NCBI GenBank assembly: GCA_036172245.1
Contig: JAYWIR010000005.1
Coordinates: forward strand, 496,001 to 560,000
Origin: Raillietiella orientalis
Taxonomy: Eukaryota
DNA: 64,000 bases
Direction of reading: 5' to 3'
Made by a program: the position numbers and the translations under genes. A model generated the notes under the pieces. That model was not told where the DNA came from. It made no database searches and was given only the letters and a program-made list of their open reading frames with translations. Below, piece after piece: positions 24,470-36,491 of the stretch (position 1 is the first letter of the stretch; every line of letters starts with the position of its first letter).

Positions 24470-25184
24470 CCTTCCAGCTTCCTCCTTCCCCTTTTGGGGT
24501 TACTTTTTGGGGGTTTGCAATCTTAGGGAGGGCTCACGGAGCTCTTTAACGCCATCCGGGAGTGCGCGTGACTCGATGTAGGAAGCGACCTCGGGAGGGA
24601 AATGCCCTGTGAATCCAGGAAGCCTCCAGTGGAAGGAGGCCGTTCCTTTCGCGCTTGGGAGGGAACCCTCTCCCTGGTTGTCTCCGAAGGATACCCTGGA
24701 GGGAACCTTTTCCTTGTTGCCTCCGAAGGGACCTCCGGAAGAGCCAGCTCCATTGTTTCTTCTCGCGAGGGAACCCGGAAAGCATCCGCTACCTCTTTCC
24801 TCTTCTGAAGAGAACCTCGAAGGGTGTAGCAGCGCGCTTCTTGACACTCTGCGTAGAGACAACCCCCTAGGAGGTGTCAACCAGCTCCATGGAATGCTAT
24901 GGAGGGGAACCCGGAAGGACTCCGCGACACCTGGAAGGACTCCGGAGGGTCAACTTCCAGTCACGGCAAGTCAACGGGGGTACCCGGCTTCTACCGGTAC
25001 CGCACCCGGGGCACCCACAGACCAGTCAACGCCATCTGCCTGCTATGGGGGGAATAGAAACCCGCGACGCACCACGAGTTCTTGGCGTCGCCCCCTTCCC
25101 TCCCGGGCGGGTTTCGAACCCGCGCCGTGAGGCGCCGCGCGCCCGCGGAGACGTCGCCGCAGCCGCACGGCTGCCTACGCGGGC
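24470..25184 (+). mobile_element. Retroelement terminal module copy: 3'UTR-like segment, ~40-nt tandem repeats, truncated ORF1 start, antisense tRNA-like head
   Basis: Colinear with 16290-16815 (e.g. TGAATCCAGGAAG; GCGCGCTTCTTG; GGAGGGGAACC..CCTGGAAGGA..GGGTCA). Four CTCCGAAGGG-type units at 24681-24830. Minus-strand A/B-box-like head GGCAGCCGTGCGG..GGGTTCGAAACCC at 25105-25184. Confidence 0.7.
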
Positions 25185-27925
25185 TGATCCTCCAGCAAGT
25201 GCGGGACGAGGAAACGGAAGCGCCTCCCTCCGCAGGCCTCGTTCCTAGTCGATGGCGTTTTGAACCGAGCGCGGTCCGCATGCTGCGTACGTCCCTTGCT
25301 GCGGGGTCAGTTTGTTAGCTGCTGCACCAAAAGCGACAAGCAGCGCGTTATCAAAAATGGGTTTTGGAAAATAGGGAATGCACGCCTATGAATCAGGAAA
25401 CTTGGAGTCATGCATGTTCCTTTTTTTTCGCTGGGCATAATGACACGAAGCGCCAGAAGTGTGGCGCGGATTGCAGCCAGGATTAATTGCATTTCTACTA
25501 TGTTGGTTTGAGGAAGTGAACGAGTCTGGATAACATCACTGTCGACAAAATCACGTTGTGCGCTACTACACCAGAATAGCAGCAGCATCAGGTATCAGAT
25601 TTCTATGAATATGATGTAGCTGCTCTTGTGAATAGGGGATTTCATTTTTCAGTTTGAACTCATGATCTCGTCGGCAGTGTTTTTTTTTTTTTTGATCTGA
25701 TGTACTACTTCTTTCTATTAGTTACCATACGATAGCACCATCACTCAGTCATTTTGGTAATTGTTTCACAGGAATCCTTTGCATTAAGTTCTACTACTCC
25801 ATCAGTCCCAAACTCTGGAATGGATACTGTGTGGCGACTAATCCTGTGGTCCGAAGAAGGCGCTTGAAAATCCAAACTTTCCTAATGTGCCAACGTTTTT
25901 TCCTTAGATTTGTTTGAATACTGATTGGGGAGTTGTGTGTGCCATCTGGATGAGAAATTTTGTTGAATGAACACGTGGCATTCCTTCTATGGAAAAGTAG
26001 ACGAAAAGTAGAGGCTACATTTTGTTGAACAGAAGTTCACGTTTATCAGATTCAGTTTCACGGATATACCTTCTATCCTAGAATGGAAAACTAATGTAGG
26101 TGTTCCTAGTTATGATTTGTATTCATTAAATGAAAAGGAGGGGATACAGAGCAGAGATACTGAATTCGGGAGCTATTTCTGAGGCATTTAACTCGCATAC
26201 TCAGAAGCACTACAAATCTTTCAAGGCTTGATAAGATCTCATACAAAATTCATTGAGAAAATATTAATTTAAACACATTTTCAAGTGTTGAGAATATGTA
26301 TCTTTATTTCATAAAGGCCTGCAATGCTAAATAACAATCGTAGGAAGCAAAATAATTCAGGTTACGAATACATAATGATGCATTGCAGTGCAAGGAAATT
26401 GTTGAAATAGCAGAATGAAAAAACCAAGATTGTACTGCAATTTGATGCTCTGAAACCTATTGTGAATAAAATATTTTTTGATCAGTAATATTCGTTTAGT
26501 TTCCTCGATTTAAGTGGCAGGTCAGGTATCACTTCGGAAATGCGAAACCTGTAAGCAATTATTTGATGACAAACAAGATTCCAGAAATACAGCAATGTTT
26601 GCTTAATTGTTTCCTTATGTAGTCAGTGCTCCAGGAGTGTTCAAATGGAAGAAAGTTTCTCATGATTTGCATTCATTTCTTCATCGTATTACAAATCAGT
26701 GTGAATCAAGGAAAGAAGAGGAAGTTTACTAAATATATCAATACGTACAAAAACGGCGGAATTCTCAAACTTGCATTAGCATATATGTGATGCAACTGGA
26801 CAAATCATGATGACAAAATAAACAGCAATAAAAATAAGCCTAATTGAGTAGCCAAATTAAAGGGACAACAAACACATGTATATGACTATAATATTTAACC
26901 ATTTCATAGAGCATGAAGTGAATTTGAATTTGACATGCAAAACATTCATGTAATTGTTAGATTGTTTCTAGCAATGCTAATTGTAATTCGCAAGCATATC
27001 GATAAGGCTATTGTATGTATGTGCTAAATACTTATCACTTCCATGTGAGTGTTGCATGTGTATCCATATATGCATTTTTCTGCGTATGTGGATTCGTACT
27101 TGTGCATAACGGAATTATCTCGGGAGTTTCGTTGCCTACGAATATACACATATATATTTTTCAAAATGGCATCTGGCAATCGTAACTGTATACAGTTCAG
27201 CGAAAATGCAAAATGCACTTTACATCGTGAAATTAGTTACGAATGAGTGTATTATATTAAATTGTATATCGGCATTATGAAGCATTGCAAAATTGTTGCG
27301 AGGCCAAAGCGTAACCGATTCTTCCATGACTGGACATTTCATATTTGTTGTTGATATACAACGTAATGGGGTAAACTAATTCATGCGATGAAAACTGAGC
27401 AAAAAATGCCGATCAGTTAAATTTGGGTGACCCGAGGTAACTTCTCATAATGAAACTAAGTTGCAGAGACCCATTTAAATGATAAGAGTAAAACCGCATT
27501 GAGCTCATTTTGTAGATTGAACAAGTATACGCTTTCCTGCATTTAAATATTTTTCAAACCACTCGGTGGCAATTTCTTTTCCCTTTAATTGATTTCATAT
27601 TTCATATGTGACATTTTCGCAGTTGCTTCCAGTTGTTTGGTTAATCCACGTTATTTGTGTTTTAAAGTATTGGTGTGCATAAAAAAGTTCAAAGTGAGTT
27701 AATATGTGTGCCTGATCGAGAAATTAATTTTGTGAGTTTGCAGTTACATGTTGCATCATAGCAACTGGAAAATGAATTGTACAATTCTGCATTTTGAAAT
27801 CTACCAAAAGCTTTAATTTAAGTTTATCAGTTGTAATTTCAAAGAAATGTTGTATCCTTGGACAAGATTTGCACCCAAGCTATCTTATTGAAATATTTTC
27901 AACTGAATTCAGTGATTGATTTAGT

Positions 27926-29559
27926 ATGTCTGCAAATGACATGCCTGTTAGATTGTATCCTCCCCAGTCTCCTGTTTCTCCATCATCTGCCATTGCACAG
28001 CAACGGTTTGCATCTCCACCAATAAGAACTTATTCTCCTTCACCATATCAGAATCCAGTTAGTATTTTCTCAGAGTTTGATTTGTCAAAGTTGCTCATGG
28101 TAAATTAACAGCAAGCACCAATAAGAACAGGATTCCCACCAGCAATGGGAGCTCTTCCTCCACAGTCTGTGGTCAATCAGCGGCCCACTGGTTCTTCAGC
28201 TGTTTTATATCCAGCACCCCAACAACAAGTGCGACAAGTGGCAATTACACCGCCAGTTGCAGCAAAGAGACCTATTGATGCTCGACCCCCTCCTTCAGTT
28301 CCACCACCAAAAAAGTAAGCTGGTGATTCAACAACAATTATCTTTTGTGTAGTAAAAAGAAAAAGAAATTGTCTGAACGAATTCTGCCACAAAAAGTTCG
28401 GGATTTGGTTCCAGAATCACAAGCTTACATGGATCTGTTAGCATTTGAAAGAAAGTTGGATGCAACCATCATGAGAAAAAGACTAGACATTCAAGAAGCA
28501 CTGAAGAGGCCTATGAAACAGAAAAAGAAACTGCGCATATTTATTTCAAACACATTCTTTCCAGCTGAGGGAGAGGAAGGTTCAGTAGCTTCATGGGAGC
28601 TTCGTGTAGAAGGTCGCATATTGGATGATGTGAAAGGAGATTCTAAACATAAGCGCAAATTTTCATCCTTGTTTAAAAGCCTGGTTATTGAATTGGACAA
28701 AGATTTGTATGGACCAGATAACCACCTGGTAGAATGGCATCGGACTCCTACTACACAAGAAACTGATGGCTTTCAAGTCAAAAGACCTGGGGACAAGAAT
28801 TTACGCTGTACCATTTTGTTGTTACTGGACTATCAGCCATTGCAGTTTAAGCTTGATCCACGGTTGGCTCGTCTTCTAGGAGTTCATACCCAAACGCGAC
28901 CAGTTATCATCAATGCCCTCTGGCAGTATGTCAAAACCCATCGCCTACAAGATGTTCATGAACGGGAGTACATCAACTGTGACAAGTATTTGGAGCAGAT
29001 CTTTGGATGTTCCCGTATGAAGTTTGCTGAAATACCTCAGAGATTGAATCCACTGTTGCATCCACCTGATCCAATTGTCATCAACCACCTAATTAGTGTA
29101 GAAGGACCCAATCAGAAGAAAACTGCGTGCTACGACATTGATGTTGAAGTGGATGATAACTTGAAACTGCAAATGAATAATTTCTTGTTATCAACTGCAA
29201 GCCAGGAAGAAATCCAGAACTTGGACAACAAAATCCACGACACTGTGGAAACCATAAACCAGCTAAAAATTAGCAGAGAATTCTTCTTATCCTTTGCTCG
29301 TGATCCACAACAGTTTATCAACAAATGGCTTATTTCTCAGAATCAGGATTTAAAAGTAAGTGCAGCGTTGCCATTGATATTTGTTAATATCATTTTCTTG
29401 CAGACCATGACTGATGTTGCAGGCAATCCTGAAGAAGAGAGGCATGCAGAGTTTTTCTATCAACCATGGACGCAGGAAGCTGTGTGTCGTTATTTTTACA
29501 GTAAAGTGCAGCAGAAACGGGCAGAATTAGAGCAAGCTTTAGGAATGAGAAGTACCTGA
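27926..29559 (+). CDS. SMARCD1/Bap60: SWI/SNF subunit SMARCD/BAF60 (BAP60), SWIB domain
   Basis: Exons 27926-28057, 28112-28314, 28353-29355, 29404-29559 are frame-consistent. Motifs: [90 protein letters not shown]. Confidence 0.97.
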
Positions 29560-31099
29560 GTGCCATGGGTGCTAAAAGTGAAGTAAATTAAGAAAGGAAA
29601 TTCTTAATTTCTTAAATTCTAATTCTTATCTTACATACAAATGTAAGTTTGCATGGATTAAAGTCATGCATTTCTTAAGTGGCATTATTTTTATTAGTTT
29701 TTTTTATATATTCTGTTCGTGAAATGAAAATTGAAAATAACCCTGATAACATTTGCTTACAGTACACTCCCCATTTTACATTATGCAACTGTGTAACCAT
29801 CCATTTGTTGCAAGTAAACTGATTTCGGAAACTTCAGTTTTAAAAAGGTTTCCTGTAAGATTACATCTAAAAGTTTGGGGAATAAAACCTCAGTTATCCT
29901 TTCATGATCATGTCATGTGAAAATCATGAAATTTTTCTGTGGCAGCTTTCACCAAATTGGGTTACTGAAATGAACACAACTTCAGAATTTCTTCTGTAAA
30001 AAAAAAAAAAAAAATTACTTCTGTAGCCACGAAATTTTGACAACACTGGCAAGTTGTGCTTGCTTGACTTTTGACTCCACCGTATTAAGATAATAAACCA
30101 ATTTCAGATGGTAAACATGCTGTGACATACTGAAACCACCATCGCTCCGTGAGCACCAAAAACCTAAATTCATTCTGTGCAGGAGATGCAAAAGGGGGAA
30201 AAAAGGTGCATAAAAATAGCACCTTCAAAGTGACCAGCGAGTGCCCCTCCCGGATTTATTCGTACTTAGCGAATCCTTGACATTCGGTCACATGCACTTT
30301 GCGTTCGGCGAAAAAACTGGCAGGGTGCCCCGGGCAACGAGTGACGCGATCATGTATCCATATGTCCTGATACGTACGTGTACATCTTAGCCAAAGGGTC
30401 GAGAAGCGACACACGTGTGTACGCATGCTGCCAGCTTGTTCTTATTGCCAGGAGCAGTATCGAGAGTACGTTTCGGTACGGTCGCAAAGAAAATAGCGGC
30501 CGTGGTGGTTCAGAAGGAGTCTTCAGACGGGCTTTTGTGGATTCGAATATACGTGCTTTGCTTTCTAGCAGACGATCATCGACCCTGAGGGAATTTCTGA
30601 GCCACGGTGCACGAGCCCCACTTCCTGGCGACGCGAGCCACCACTTTGGTCATCTCTTTGGTCTGTGCAGGCGATGTCGCGGTCAAAAGATTTCGATTGC
30701 CCTCGGTGGAGGCGAGGCGATTCGGCACCCTTTTCTGTACGAACGTGAACGTCTCAAGTTGTTGCTCAGGTTGGTTCACTCTGATGCTCAGAGTACAAAA
30801 AACAAAAAGAAAAAAAGTGTACTAGCTACACGTATAAATGGCGGATGGATTCCAATTTGCAGGTGCTGCGCTTGAATGCAACCTTTTTTATCAGCGGCTA
30901 AGAGTACAGGAAAACGTTTTTTTGTGTGTGTGTGTTTTTTGTCAATCCACATCAAATAAGCGCCATTTGATATTGATCATGTTGATTCACTGTTCCTTCT
31001 TCCATAAAAGGGACAATTAGCTGTGCACATAATAAACCCAAGCAAAACCGATTGTTTCGTAGTTACTTGCTAGTAAAATTCTTCAAGATAGGGGATGGC

Positions 31100-31260
31100 C
31101 CGAGAGGGGACCGCCCTATGAATCCAGGAAGGACTCGGAGTCCGTTTCTCTCACGCCTGGGGAGGGATCCCCGGAAATGGAGATCACCTGCACCCTGGTT
31201 GTCTCCGAAGGGAATCTTATTCCTTCCCTTTGGGGTTCCCCTTCCGAGAACTCCAAAATC
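31100..31260 (+). repeat. Partial terminal-module copy, inverted relative to 31820-31890
   Basis: ATGAATCCAGGAAGG..CTCTCACGCCTGGGGAGG..CCCTGGTTGTCTCCGAAGGGAA matches the reverse complement of 31820-31890. Confidence 0.75.
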
Positions 31261-31299
31261 ATCAGGGAATTTTTTTTTTACACTTGGAGACCGTAACCT

Positions 31300-34200
31300 T
31301 ATTGGCCCGTGTCGGAGGCCACGGTGGTCTCTTCGTGTGGCTCCCGGCGTTGCGGGTTCGAATACTCGGCAAAAATGGACGCAAAGAGTTTGTGCGCGTC
31401 GTGGGTTCGAGTCGGAGACCCGCGGGATAACGCTGCTCGGCCTACTTCCGGGGGCGGCGCCCAGTAGTGGTTCAAACTGTATGCCTCCGACGAGGTCCCA
31501 AACAATGGAAGTCGACCTCCGGGTCCCTTCCAGGAATCAAGGAGTGGGAGTTCCCCTCCGGTTGTGCATAGGAGAGGAACCCCCCTTTGAGGGAGACCCT
31601 CCGTAGAGTAGGTGTGTCGCCACATCTCTAGAGTTCCAGAGAAGTGTGCCGCTTTCTTCGGGGAGAGCGCCCTTCTGAATTTCGGAAGCGTCCCTTCGGG
31701 GTTCTCTTCAGAGGAGTAAACAGGAGCGGTTCCCTTTCGGGTTCCCTTCGGAGAAAAAAAAATATGGAGCGGACCCCTTCGGGGGTCCCTCGGGAGAGAG
31801 TAAAGAAGGAGTATTCTCTTCCGGGTTCCCTTCGGAGACAACCAGGGTTGGGAGGTTCCCTTCAGGGATGCCTCCCCAGGCGTGAGAGGCGGTCCCCTCC
31901 CGGGTTTTTCACCCGAGTTTTCCAGGGCATTTATTATTAAAATTTTAAAAATGGAATTTCTAATAAAGTCTTTACATCTTTTTAAAGGCAGGGCACGTGG
32001 TTCTGCCTGTTTTGAAACACTTGCCATTACCGGTCCGCAAGCCGGTGAGGTCCTCTGCGCTGGTGAAGGGGGAGGGAAAACCACAAAAAAAAATAAAATA
32101 AACAAAAACAAAAGGGGAGGACAATGTTTTCCGGGGAGGGGAGAGCACGGAAGGGATCACTGTTCGCCGCGAGTGGTCCTCTGTATCCGGTTTTGGATGC
32201 GGACAAGTGCAGGTCGTATCGTTCGTAGCTGGTCCCATCGGGAAGCCTTCTCCATGGAGATTGCTGCCCATTGAATGACATTCCGGCTATCCACTCCCAG
32301 GCACACTCTATCTTGAAGAATTACACGTACCAACGGGTGGTGTGGAAACAGCCTCCAAGAGCTGCGTGGGCCGTCAGGCACGCGATGCTTCTTGAGGTAT
32401 TCAGGGACCCCCCCTCCCCCAAAAGATAAAAGGCTGAAAGGAATAACAGCGAAGACACAAAGGAACCCAAAAAGGATTCCCATCGTGAGGACATTTTTTA
32501 TTTCTTGTGAGCAACCGATTGATCCCAACGCTACACATTCCATTGAAATGAAAGCCTCTCAAGGCAGTCACCGCTTCTGAGACCACAACAAGAATTGCTG
32601 ATGTGTGCTCAGGAGATTTGCTCATAATGAATGGGAGTGTGGACCTAAAAAGACACTCTTCAGCATTAAAAAAAGCGACGAGGATTTTAAAAGTTTCCTC
32701 TACAATCAGCCTATAAATTACTGTGCCCTTAATCAGCATACAGTAATAGAAATCATCATATTGAGGTTGGGATCCTAATGTCTTGGACTTTCTGTAGCGT
32801 GTATGATAGTCGAACTGGATGTACACACCCGTGAGCAAATTTTTTTATGCCCACGAGAAAGACCCGCTTTCCGACGTTCGTGCACTTCGAAAAGTTTTCT
32901 AAAAGAAAAAGTCGATATGGTACTTATTCGAGGACCGAGAGCCAGACCAGGACAGTAGGTCAGTTTCTCCCCTGCGGCTGTGAACACGCCTAAAGTTTGG
33001 GCTGAACCATCGCTTGAAGAGAGTGGTTTCACTACAAGACAACGCGAAGGTGTGAGGAGTCTTTGACCTGCTACGGGATGAGCATCCAACTCGGGAGTGC
33101 TTATGTGCATCACTATGTAAAAGGGATACCTCTACTGTACAATGTCCGTAGGTCAAGTGCATTGCAGGCGTAGCTATGGAGACGGGAAAAGCAAACTCAA
33201 CTGAAGAAAAAGGAAAGCTGAGGAATCGGCTAGTGACGCGACGGCTTTCAAGACAAGATGAGAACTGGTGAGATGAGATCTCTTGAGATGAGAACTGGTG
33301 TCGAAAAAGGGGAACAAACTTGAGCGCCACTTTCAAGCAGCCGAACCGACTAAATGGCACCGAATCAATCTTTTTCTGTTCTATTAACACAGCACTGAGT
33401 TAAAAATGTATTGACCGCCAAAGAGGACTTTCTCCGAGCACTTTTCATAGAATCGTGAAGCCAATACTTCCAGCACTTCTGTTTTCTGAATTATGTATTA
33501 TTCTTCACTTCAATGATAAATCTACAAGCTCTGAAGATAGCTCTTTCACAATTTCTAGGTTTGCTGTAAGTAATTGAAAGCGTTGAGGTTTTAGAAATGC
33601 CGAGAGAGATCACTCACCTGGCTAGAGGCACGTTTTTTTTTTTTTTTTAAAGGTCAGCCCTCCATCAACTAAAACTTCATGAATGTATGGAAAAAACACG
33701 CCTTTACAGATTCAATACTTGGCCCCCGGGCATGATTTGAAGTTGAGCTTGAAAGAAGCAGCAAAACTCGGGAACAGCAAATGCAGCTTTTTCCCGGGTT
33801 GGTGCAACAGTAGTTGTCCACATTGAAGGGGATAAAAGCAGCGATCCAAAATGGGAAGAAGGAGAAACGTTAAAAAATATCATTGGAGGAGTTGAAGAGA
33901 AAAGCGGGGAATACAAAGGCATGCAAGCATTCTTAAGCAGGGAAAGTGTAGTACATGTTGCCCCAAGAATACTGATTGCCCCTTATCTTACTCATCGATT
34001 GCCAGTCTGAAAATTCTAAGAATTCAGTAATGGCAGCTTTAAAAGGCAGGAAATTTCATGCAAGAAAACACGTGCGGGGGGGGGGGGAGCAGGTAGTTCG
34101 GATTTTGTAGAGTGTACCAGAAAGACGAACATCCAATTCAGAATGTGTGTGGGATTTTCGTGCTGAGGGCCAAAGGATAAACATCAGAGATGCTGGACCT

Positions 34201-34300
34201 TTTACGTGATCTCCAAATCCCATCGCGAAAGTTTGGACTCAAAGATGAGAGATGACAGTCAAACGGAATCCTTGCGGGCATTTTTTGGTCATGTTGATGA
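31300..34300 (-). mobile_element. Degenerate L1/Tx1-like element: ORF2 remnant, 3'UTR, tandem-repeat module, antisense tRNA-like head
   Basis: Minus-strand RT-like traces (QIMPGGQVLN; PFSRFGCLKVALKFVPLF; TLGV), ORF end MECVAL..RIQRTTRGEQ* (32157), 3'UTR homologous to 19425-19720, ~41-nt repeats at 31690-31870, plus-strand GCGGGTTCGAATACTC at ~31352. The right boundary is uncertain. Confidence 0.6.
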
Positions 34301-34459
34301 CTCTTTTTATTCGGTCGCTGTTATAAACTAGTAGTTGATCAGATAGATATTTTCAGTTATTGATTGGCCTTGTGTCACAGTGAACTGTCTTGACCTAAGA
34401 TATATATAGAAAACAGCCATTTTCAAATGAAAATAAAAGCCCGATAGTATTTAAACCTT

Positions 34460-34960
34460 TGAGTACGATTCTCTCGAGGGAGAGAGGGAGGCAAAAATTT
34501 CCGGGCTCGGATCAGCGTTGCAGGAGATGGAGCCTGGGGTTACGGTCCAGCTGGCATGTTTTCCCCAAACTGCACTGCGAGTCGGGGCAAGATGGCTGGA
34601 GGCAACGCATCCGTGGCTGTCATCCCTGCTCTCAAGAGTTCCCCGGGCTCCGACGTGATCTTCGATGCCGTTTGCTCCGACTGGTTCTGGTTCCGTTCCT
34701 CTGGAACTCGTTCAGCCACCGGCCAGGGAACCGTAGGTCACGTCACCGACCCCTTCATCCCGACACCTTGGCGGTCTGGTTCGTGGACCTTCAATGCGTT
34801 CACTCGATCCCTGATCCAAACGACCCGACTTTTGTCTCGAAAGCACTCTGCAAGGAAGAGGAATTTTTTTGTATGTTCGATGGTCCCTTCGCAAAGACGG
34901 TGCACGTGCACGTTGCCTGCGGCATTCACTTTGGCTGACCACCACCAGCACAACGAGTGC
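34460..34960 (+). mobile_element. Possible APE-endonuclease remnant of a LINE
   Basis: GC-rich island; broken frames give FVDL..PDPNDPTF and LADHH, resembling the APE C-terminal D..P....TF and SDH motifs. Weak. Confidence 0.3.
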
Positions 34961-35525
34961 ATCTGTTAGAAACACACACACAAAAAAAGAAGCCGTGAAG
35001 CTTCAATGCTAGCCGTGTCGCACATAGTAAAAATCAGGTTACACCAACACGAAAAGCACCGTGTCGGTTATTCATGGCATTACCAAACCCACGGGTCGCC
35101 TTTTTGGCCATGATGTTTGCAAGGGGTTCGTCCCACGGGCGTGAACTTCTGAATTGCAAACTTTACACATTCTTCTTCCACCTGCCGGCACGATGCTACT
35201 GAGCTTTCATTCATAAACCAGGTCACCAAGAAAATGATAATAATAATAATAAAAGGTACCAAGAGTTTGCACTGCCTTCCACCAAATCAAAACATTCGAT
35301 TGCAAATAACATTTATTAATTGAAATAAATACATCAAACTTCATAGAATTGCAAAACAACATTGGAAAAAAGTCGTTCCTCAAAACATTATTCTGTAATC
35401 TTTTATGTATACAACTGAATCGAGATTCATTCTTTGTTCAAAGGTAATAAATATATGATTGCTTCTGCCTACTGGATTTAAGAGAGTTACTTAAAGAGAT
35501 CAAATTCAGTTGTACTAAAAATACC

Positions 35526-36491
35526 TTATTTTATTAAAACATTTAGCAAAGGTAATTTATGAGAATCTGTGAGGATACAAGAGACTATGTAAAAAAGTCC
35601 AAAATAACAATTCAATGCAGACATGAGCTGTGGAATATGTTCTGAATTTCCAGATCGAAATTGTTTTTCATAATAAAATGCCTTACCTATAGTGCAGACT
35701 GGCAATAAAAACCACAATGAATAATGTATTGTTAATACAAAAAACATGATATATGGAGTAAATAATAATACTGCAAACAAAACATGCGAAAACGTTTTGC
35801 CCAATAACATTGCTAAAGTAACAATATTTTTGTCTTTGTCTTTCAGTAAGTCTCTAGCATTATTACTGTGTAGAATGGCTTCAGTATGCAATGCTAAGGG
35901 TATTGCATAAAAGATGATAGTCCATGCAGTTGTTCCAGTTTGAGCCACATAAGAGAACAGCACTGTCAGTGGTCCAAAAATTATTAAAATTAATATATCT
36001 CCAAGGGCAATATATTTCAAACCAATTCCACCAGTATACAAGAATGAACTAGAAAGGCCACCAAAATAAATTAAAGCTAAATGTTCCATTTTCGCTGGTG
36101 AAAACATAAGTAATAATATAAAACCAGCACTTCCTACAACATAAAGAAGTACACCTAAGTGTGTCACTTCATCCAGTGTTAAAAGATGATCGACCAGAGT
36201 TCTATCATCGCTTTTTCCACTGTCGATTCCGTTCACATAATCGTAATAGGTATTCACAATATTTCCGGCTGCATGAACTGATAATGCAGTGACTCCAGAA
36301 AGGATAAGAATCACAACATCAAATTCTCCAGTCACTTTATAGGCTAATACACATCCCAAAAAAACAGGCATTAAGGATGTTCCAAAAGACCACGGTCGGA
36401 GGGCTAATAAATACGATGAAAACTTCATTAAATTGCTATTAGAAATATTTACAGAAGATTTAAAAAATCCAACAGTTCCTTCAGATTCCAT
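35526..36491 (-). CDS. UBIAD1: UbiA prenyltransferase domain-containing protein 1 (heix), uninterrupted CDS
   Basis: YLLALRPWSF, HAAGNIVNTYYDYVNGIDS..DDRTLVD, SFLYTGGIGLKYIALGD, EAILHSNNARD. ATG at 36491 (the ORF track starts at a non-ATG codon); a short upstream exon is possible. Confidence 0.96.
   Translation of the reverse strand: MESEGTVGFFKSSVNISNSNLMKFSSYLLALRPWSFGTSLMPVFLGCVLAYKVTGEFDVVILILSGVTALSVHAAGNIVNTYYDYVNGIDSGKSDDRTLVDHLLTLDEVTHLGVLLYVVGSAGFILLLMFSPAKMEHLALIYFGGLSSSFLYTGGIGLKYIALGDILILIIFGPLTVLFSYVAQTGTTAWTIIFYAIPLALHTEAILHSNNARDLLKDKDKNIVTLAMLLGKTFSHVLFAVLLFTPYIMFFVLTIHYSLWFLLPVCTIGKAFYYEKQFRSGNSEHIPQLMSALNCYFGLFYIVSCILTDSHKLPLLNVLIK

Noticed and set aside
24681..24830. Regularly spaced repeats resembling a CRISPR array
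   Set aside because: Eukaryotic context, degenerate units, mutually similar 'spacers' and no cas genes; these are TE tandem monomers.
25105..25184. Functional tRNA gene
   Set aside because: A B-box is present but no clean cloverleaf or anticodon arm could be built; treated as a tRNA-derived repeat head.
25700..26800. Possible spliced gene on the minus strand
   Set aside because: Some splice-like signals and short open frames, but no consistent exon chain or recognisable protein.
33255..33300. Short direct duplication GATGAGAACTGGTG (similar case at ~452-494)
   Set aside because: Ordinary local slippage duplication with no further structure.
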